Origin: Thermoproteota archaeon | GTDB lineage: Archaea; Thermoproteota; Thermoprotei_A; Sulfolobales; Ignisphaeraceae | Length of the DNA stretch: 64,000 nt | Direction: 5' to 3' | NCBI GenBank assembly: GCA_030550585.1 | Contig: JAUQPB010000001.1 | Location: forward strand, 576,001-640,000 | Part shown: positions 58,360 through 64,000 of the stretch, one piece after another | Layout: every line of letters starts with the position of its first letter | How positions within the stretch are numbered: the first letter of the stretch is position 1 | Notes under the pieces: model-generated | What the model saw: the letters and a program-made list of their open reading frames with translations, nothing else | Told to the model about the DNA's origin: nothing | Database searches by the model: none | Position numbers and translations under genes: made by a program

Positions 58360-60912
58360 GTGATAAAGAGGCTGGTTATGGCAGTAGCTGTGGTAGCTCT
58401 AATAGTTATTGGGGCGCTAATCTACTACATGGCTCTCTATACAAATAGACCCAGTACACCAGCATTAACCACCTCCACACCATTAACACCGCCGATACAA
58501 ACAGTGTTAACACCAACAATAGAAACAAGTATCTCCTCAATAACGCAGCTACAAACACCTACAGCTTTGTCCAGCATTACGATAAAACCCTTGAACACAA
58601 CATTTTTAAGTAGCACAACATCACCATCTTATATCATGACTCCTACAAATACAGAAACAAGAGAGACTACTAGCACACCTACACCAACCCAGATGACCCA
58701 GTCTACAACATTACCCCAACCAGCATTTACTGTAACTAGTGTTGCACCATCTATTGTGGTGAGTAGTTATACCCAGAACGCCTCTTGTTATGATGTCGTC
58801 GAAATAAACTTTGATGTTAGTGGTATAAAGTATTCTAATCCTTTTGACAGTAGCGAGATAGATGTCTATGCAACTATTCTTACACCAGATAACAAATTAT
58901 TGGCGGTTCCAGCATTCTATACAAAAGACTATGAAATTCAAAATGTGTCGCTAAATGAAGATCTTGTTGTGTTTATGGGGAAGCCCCACTGGAGCATAAG
59001 ATTCACGCCACAGGCTGAGGGAGTATACAAAGTTTCTTTAATTGCTAAGAGCAAGGATGTTGAGATTAGAAGCAATACTCTAGAGATCTATGTGAAGAGC
59101 TGTGACAAATCTTTGAAGGGTTTTGCACATTTTGATAAGGATAGCGGGTATATAAGATTTGACAATGGCTCTTCACAGATTCTTATCGGGCTAGACTTGG
59201 CGTGGGCGCCCAAGGCAAGTGCATCAATATCGTTTTACAGAAGCTGGTTTGAGAGATTGAGTAATAGTGGTGTGAAGGTTGTTAGAATAGGTCTTGTGCC
59301 ATGGTCTCTCAACCTAGAGTGGAACAAGCTCCACTCATACGACTTAGCATCTGCTGCTAGACTAGATGAGATATTGGAGCTTGCTAGAAAATATGACATC
59401 TACATAATATTCGTTTTCATGTGGCATGACGAGCTGGCGAGCAAATGGAGCGACAACCCCTATAATGCTAAAAACGGTGGTTTTCTGGCTTCTCCAGAAC
59501 AGTTTTGGAGTAATCAAAAAGCTATAGAGATTTTCAAGGACAGGGTAAGATATGTCATTGCTAGGTGGGGATACTCTCCAAACATAATTGCGTGGGAACT
59601 TGTAAACGAGGCTGATCTAACAACAAACTTTTACCAGGCAAGAGACAGCTTTGTTTCGTGGGTGGCTAATCTAAGCTCCTATGTAAAGTCATTGGATCCA
59701 TACAAAAGAGCTGTTACAATCAGTCTAGCAGACTACAACTCTGAGCCGAGGGTGTGGCAGCTAGATACAATAGACATTATAACTGTTCATAGATATGGTC
59801 CTTCAGGGCTCAAAGACATTGCATCAGCGTTTCCAGAGATCATAGAATCTCTGAGAGCAAAATATGGTAAACCCGTTGTCATAACCGAGTTCGGAGACGA
59901 TTACAGATGGATTGGATACCCAGGTTTCACCGGAACACCTTATTGGGCTTTAGACAAGAGTGGCGTTGGTTTGCATGAGGGGCTTTGGAGCTCCATATTT
60001 GCAGGCTCGCCAATCTCTGCTATGAGCTGGTGGTGGGATACCCAGATAGAGAGGTATAGTCTGTTCTATCACTTCAAAGCCCTAAGCAACTTTCTAGGTG
60101 GTTTAGACCCCCTAAAAAGTGGGTTGAGCAAAGTTGATGTAGTGGTGGAGAATGCGACTACAGGTAGAGGCTATATATCGAATATAACGATATACCCCAT
60201 GGCTGGGTGGATCACGCCTGGAGGTGGACAACAAAAACAGAATACATATGTTATCAATCCGAATGGATCTATAGAAGGCGATCTATCTCTACTAAGTAGC
60301 TTTGTATATGGAAAGAGCCACTATCAAAACTTCTTAAACCCGATATTCAATGTCACAATGCTTCAAAAGGGGAGGTTTATAATACATATAAACTCTGTTG
60401 GGAGGGGAGGAGCAAAAGCCAGCATATATGTTGACGGTGTGAAGATTAAGGAAGTTGATTTGCCTGATAAGGATGGTAAGAGTGATGAGGCGGCAAACGA
60501 ATATGGAATCGATATAGAAGTTGATCTAGAGCCTGGCGAACATGCCATTAAAATAGATAATGATGGAGTTGACTGGTTCACATGGGACTATATAATAATA
60601 GAAAATGCTGTCTATGCAAAGGCGAAGATCCAGGCATTAGCACTAGGCAACAGAACCTTTGTCATGCTTTGGATTAGAAACAAAGACTATAACTGGTGGA
60701 ATGTGATAAACAATGTCACCATAGATAAGATGGAGAACGTTACAATATCTCTAAACAATCTAGAGGACGGTGTCTACAAAATTGAGTTTTGGGACACGTA
60801 CCAGGGTATTGTAGTGCATGAAGAGAATGTCAATGTATCTGGTGGTAGAATTGAGATTGTTATTAAAGAGCTTGACAAGGATATAGCCATAAAAATATTT
60901 AAAATTGGATAG
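58360..60912 (+). CDS. Multidomain membrane-anchored GH5-like endoglucanase (EBI-244-like, DUF5060-type N-domain)
   Basis: TM + Thr/Pro linker; YSNPFD..EIDV..PAFY..WSIRFTP; ARWGYSPNIIAWELVNE (E417), KPVVITEFG (E510), MSWWWD. Confidence 0.8.
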   Translation: MIKRLVMAVAVVALIVIGALIYYMALYTNRPSTPALTTSTPLTPPIQTVLTPTIETSISSITQLQTPTALSSITIKPLNTTFLSSTTSPSYIMTPTNTETRETTSTPTPTQMTQSTTLPQPAFTVTSVAPSIVVSSYTQNASCYDVVEINFDVSGIKYSNPFDSSEIDVYATILTPDNKLLAVPAFYTKDYEIQNVSLNEDLVVFMGKPHWSIRFTPQAEGVYKVSLIAKSKDVEIRSNTLEIYVKSCDKSLKGFAHFDKDSGYIRFDNGSSQILIGLDLAWAPKASASISFYRSWFERLSNSGVKVVRIGLVPWSLNLEWNKLHSYDLASAARLDEILELARKYDIYIIFVFMWHDELASKWSDNPYNAKNGGFLASPEQFWSNQKAIEIFKDRVRYVIARWGYSPNIIAWELVNEADLTTNFYQARDSFVSWVANLSSYVKSLDPYKRAVTISLADYNSEPRVWQLDTIDIITVHRYGPSGLKDIASAFPEIIESLRAKYGKPVVITEFGDDYRWIGYPGFTGTPYWALDKSGVGLHEGLWSSIFAGSPISAMSWWWDTQIERYSLFYHFKALSNFLGGLDPLKSGLSKVDVVVENATTGRGYISNITIYPMAGWITPGGGQQKQNTYVINPNGSIEGDLSLLSSFVYGKSHYQNFLNPIFNVTMLQKGRFIIHINSVGRGGAKASIYVDGVKIKEVDLPDKDGKSDEAANEYGIDIEVDLEPGEHAIKIDNDGVDWFTWDYIIIENAVYAKAKIQALALGNRTFVMLWIRNKDYNWWNVINNVTIDKMENVTISLNNLEDGVYKIEFWDTYQGIVVHEENVNVSGGRIEIVIKELDKDIAIKIFKIG

Positions 60913-60925
60913 CCTCTGTAAAAGT

Positions 60926-62383
60926 CTATGCCTTGTAGAGCTCTTGTAGTTTTACCCATTTTTTCTCAAAACTTTCTTTGAATTTCCTGTAGATTTTTGT
61001 TAATTCAGCATCTGGATCAACAATCTCTACCGGTTTTAGGAATCTCTGTTTAATCTCGTTTATGTTGGTATATATCTTGTTTCTATATAGAACAGGTATT
61101 ATTGTTCCAATGCCGACGAGATCTCCATGTACAACGACTCTTCGCTCATATACAGAGGCTCTTATTCTATTCCAAAGCTTGGATCTGACAGCACCGCCTG
61201 TTAAATTAACTTCGCTTATATTGACATTGAATAGCTTTTGGAATAAATCTATGTAGTAGTTTTCGAGCATGGTTATTCCAAGCACCACACTCCTCAATAT
61301 CCTGCCAATGACAACATCTCTCGACTGGTCATACATAATAAAGTTTATGAGTGCAGGAGCGAGGTTAGGATCGTAAAATGGGCCTCTATCTCCATATGGG
61401 AAGAAGAGATACTCTGTCCCAGCCTCAACAGCCTCGATATATCTAAAAGCCTCTCCTACAGATAATCCAAAGACTTTTTCTGAAATCCATGATAGATAGG
61501 CTCCTGTGAAACCTGTTGCTGAACCAGCTAGATATCCGTCTAGGGGGTGTACATGGTAGTATATAGCTGGGTGCATGATTATCCTATCAACAGATATTTT
61601 TGGCACTGTCGTTGATCCTGTATATATATTTACATCTCCTTTTCCAATAGCTCCTCCAGCTAGTGCAGCTGCATTTCCATCTGTCATACCCTGGTACACG
61701 CTTGCACCATATAAACCCAGTCTTTGTGCAATGCGGCTCTTAGCTCTACATATAAACTCCCCCGGTGGGGCTAAACCGGGGAGCTTATCTATTTCTATGC
61801 CTATTGCGTTGTATAGAGGTTCAAACCATTTTGGAGGTCTTGAGAGTATATCTAGACCAAACTTCAATGCATTCGTATAATCAGTTCTAACATCTTCCCA
61901 CGGCTCTCCCTCGTCATAGCAAAGCCTGTAGAGCAGCCATGTTGCAGCAGGGACAAACTTATAAACATTTCCATATATGTTGCTAAGAGTTTTTTTCATG
62001 AAGAGCATCTTGACGAAAGGCGATGACACATCAACGCTAACACCATGTTTTGAAAGCTCGTTGACAGCCTCAAGACTCTTGATCTCATCAAAGACATCAC
62101 CCCTCTTTTCATAGTACATAACTGGGCCGTGGAGAGGGTTACCAAGTTTGTCTATGGCTATGAAGGTTCCTGATGTGCTATCCACAGAGACATGTTTCTC
62201 ACAGTCTGTGCAGTTCTTAACAACAGTTGGCATAGCCTCGTCTATTGCCTTGATCCACTCCTCAACAGCTTGCTTTGATATACTGGCTTTTCCAGCTGAT
62301 ATTAGATTCCCCTCTACATCATATACCTCTACACGAACGCCACTACTACCAACATCTATTCCAATAAATAGCTGTTTGCTCAT
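60926..62383 (-). CDS. FGGY carbohydrate kinase, D-ribulose kinase (SePSK/AtXK-1)-like subfamily
   Basis: GIDVGSSGVR, DSTSGT, TDYTNALKFG, GMTDG.AA, GST, G.R.PF.DP, GGAVRS..W. Confidence 0.8.
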   Translation of the reverse strand: MSKQLFIGIDVGSSGVRVEVYDVEGNLISAGKASISKQAVEEWIKAIDEAMPTVVKNCTDCEKHVSVDSTSGTFIAIDKLGNPLHGPVMYYEKRGDVFDEIKSLEAVNELSKHGVSVDVSSPFVKMLFMKKTLSNIYGNVYKFVPAATWLLYRLCYDEGEPWEDVRTDYTNALKFGLDILSRPPKWFEPLYNAIGIEIDKLPGLAPPGEFICRAKSRIAQRLGLYGASVYQGMTDGNAAALAGGAIGKGDVNIYTGSTTVPKISVDRIIMHPAIYYHVHPLDGYLAGSATGFTGAYLSWISEKVFGLSVGEAFRYIEAVEAGTEYLFFPYGDRGPFYDPNLAPALINFIMYDQSRDVVIGRILRSVVLGITMLENYYIDLFQKLFNVNISEVNLTGGAVRSKLWNRIRASVYERRVVVHGDLVGIGTIIPVLYRNKIYTNINEIKQRFLKPVEIVDPDAELTKIYRKFKESFEKKWVKLQELYKA

Positions 62384-62388
62384 TTGAA

Positions 62389-63882
62389 TCACCTTGTATA
62401 ACCTATTATCTTCAAAAACCTTTCGTAGGCCTCTTCATGCTCTCCGCTGTGCCTAGGCTCAAAGACCCTGACCTTGTAGGAGTTTCTAACATATTCTCTA
62501 AGCTCTTTCAAAGATTTTATAATGCCGAGTCCAGCAACCTGCAAGAGAACGTTTCCTATGGACGTCGCCTCCTCGGGCCCGGCATAAACAACCTTGTTTG
62601 TGAAATCTGCTGTTAGCTGATTCAAGAACCAGTTTCTAGAGCCTCCACCAAATATGTTTATCCCCTTGAGCCTTCTTCCAAGAAGATCCTCAGCCTGTTC
62701 GAAGACAAGTCTATACTTCAATGCGAGGCTCTCGAAAACAATTCTAAACAGCTCTCCAAGCCCCTGAGGCTTTCTCTGCCCGGTTTTCTCAAGATAAGAC
62801 ATTATAGCGTCTACCATGTTTTCTGGTGCTATAAACCCCTCATAGTCTGGGTCTATAAAGGCTGTGAATGGCTTTGCCTCTTGAGCTATCCTCAAAATCT
62901 CTTCATATGATAGCTGCTGACCTCTATCAGCTAAAACCCTTCTAATCTCCTCAACAATCCACATACCCTGCACATTTCTTAGAAATGTTATTGTGTTGAA
63001 TGCCCCACCCTCATTGGTATAGTTGTACTCCATAGCCTTTCTATTGATTAGCGGATGAGGAAGTTCAACACCAACCAGAGACCATGTGCCAGAGCTTACA
63101 TAGCCAACATCCTCAGAAACCATGGGCCCAGCAGCAATGGCTGAGGCGGTGTCATGTGTTGCAGGCGCAACAACGTCTATTTCCTTTGGTATGTCAAGTT
63201 CAGAAGCAAGTCTAGGATTAATCTTTCCAATTCTTGTTCCAGGCTCTATAACATCTGGGAATATATGTGTGGGAATACCCAAAGCTTCTAAAATGTCGAA
63301 GGCCCATTTCTTTGCGCCTGGATCTAGAAACTGTGTTGTTGTGGCCTCAGTGTATTCAGCAAGTTTTTCGCCTGTTAGCCAGTAGTTGAAGAGGTCTGGT
63401 ATCATGAGAAATGTCTTGGCTATTCTAAGCTTCGGATCATTGTAGTAGACCATGGAGAATATCTGATACAAGGTGTTTATTCTTATAAACTGTATACCCG
63501 TTCTCTCATAGATCTTCTCTTTAGGAACCCTCTTGAAAACCTCTTCCATCATGCCCTCGGTTCTCGGATCTCTATATGTATGGGGATTTTCTATGAGCAT
63601 CCCCCTCTCATCTAGTAAAGCAAAGTCTATACCCCAGGTGTCAACACCTATTGAAACAAGATCCTTGCCATATCTCTTATATGCAAGTTTAATAGCTGTC
63701 TTCATCTCATGCCATATCCTCAAAACATCCCAGTAGAGACCATCATCAACCCTTATCATAAAGTTTGGCCATCTATAAAGCTCCTCAACACTCACAGTCT
63801 TCTCCTTCTCATCTACAAAACCCATCATTGCCCTGCAACTAGATGCTCCAAGGTCGAACGCCAAAATCGCTATTTTGCCCAT
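62389..63882 (-). CDS. rhaB: Rhamnulokinase/fuculokinase-family ketose 1-kinase
   Basis: DLGASSCR, GVDTWGIDF, YRDPRT, INTLYQ, HDTASA, SSGTWSLVG, TNEGG, ESLA, GGGSRN, GPEEATSIGN. Confidence 0.88.
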   Translation of the reverse strand: MGKIAILAFDLGASSCRAMMGFVDEKEKTVSVEELYRWPNFMIRVDDGLYWDVLRIWHEMKTAIKLAYKRYGKDLVSIGVDTWGIDFALLDERGMLIENPHTYRDPRTEGMMEEVFKRVPKEKIYERTGIQFIRINTLYQIFSMVYYNDPKLRIAKTFLMIPDLFNYWLTGEKLAEYTEATTTQFLDPGAKKWAFDILEALGIPTHIFPDVIEPGTRIGKINPRLASELDIPKEIDVVAPATHDTASAIAAGPMVSEDVGYVSSGTWSLVGVELPHPLINRKAMEYNYTNEGGAFNTITFLRNVQGMWIVEEIRRVLADRGQQLSYEEILRIAQEAKPFTAFIDPDYEGFIAPENMVDAIMSYLEKTGQRKPQGLGELFRIVFESLALKYRLVFEQAEDLLGRRLKGINIFGGGSRNWFLNQLTADFTNKVVYAGPEEATSIGNVLLQVAGLGIIKSLKELREYVRNSYKVRVFEPRHSGEHEEAYERFLKIIGYTR

Positions 63883-64000
63883 GGTCTCACAACATTAGTT
63901 AATAAAGGTTTCAAAAATAAAAACTTTTCATCGAATTACTGCCAATTATTATTATCAAACACTAAATTTTTCTAGTTACAGACCCCTTCTGTAGATACCT

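Noticed and set aside
1-64000. CRISPR array, cas genes, rRNA, intact IS or transposase, attR duplication
   Set aside because: None seen by eye; tandem-looking tracts are coding linkers. A very short or degenerate att site could have been missed

Overview
Chromosomal segment of a hyperthermophilic crenarchaeon (Thermoprotei, most consistent with Desulfurococcales / Ignisphaera-like; the inference rests on archaeal marker genes such as carS, eS1, ThiDN, HerA-Mre11-Rad50, form III RuBisCO, a BHB-intron tRNA, GGTGA Shine-Dalgarno sites and frequent TTG/GTG starts). 1-18.7 kb is housekeeping: dph6, carS, porGDAB, xpb-herA-mre11-rad50 without nurA, a proteostasis trio, thiDN, eS1, glmU-like and tRNA-Gly. 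18.8-36.3 kb is an all-plus-strand accessory block. It begins with a probable integrase stub next to tRNA-Gly and carries ABC transporters, a decayed nucleotidyltransferase and a polysaccharide-utilisation-like cluster: a glycan-type SBP and permeases, an apparently inactive GH12, a URO-D-like protein, DUF2139 and a clan GH-A hydrolase. Two of its surface proteins share a VTNW-TM-KRK C-terminal tag. 36.3-49.6 kb holds an M20 peptidase, tRNA-Trp whose intron is a box C/D guide, the pst operon, fdhA, a box C/D sRNA overlapping a Trm9-like gene that faces elp3, an AKR and a HAD. 49.7-55.9 kb is a type IV pilus locus. 56-64 kb holds RuBisCO III, phosphoglycolate phosphatase, an EBI-244-like glycoside hydrolase and two FGGY ketose kinases that could together supply RuBP. 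All family calls come from motif recognition by eye; no database searches were run.
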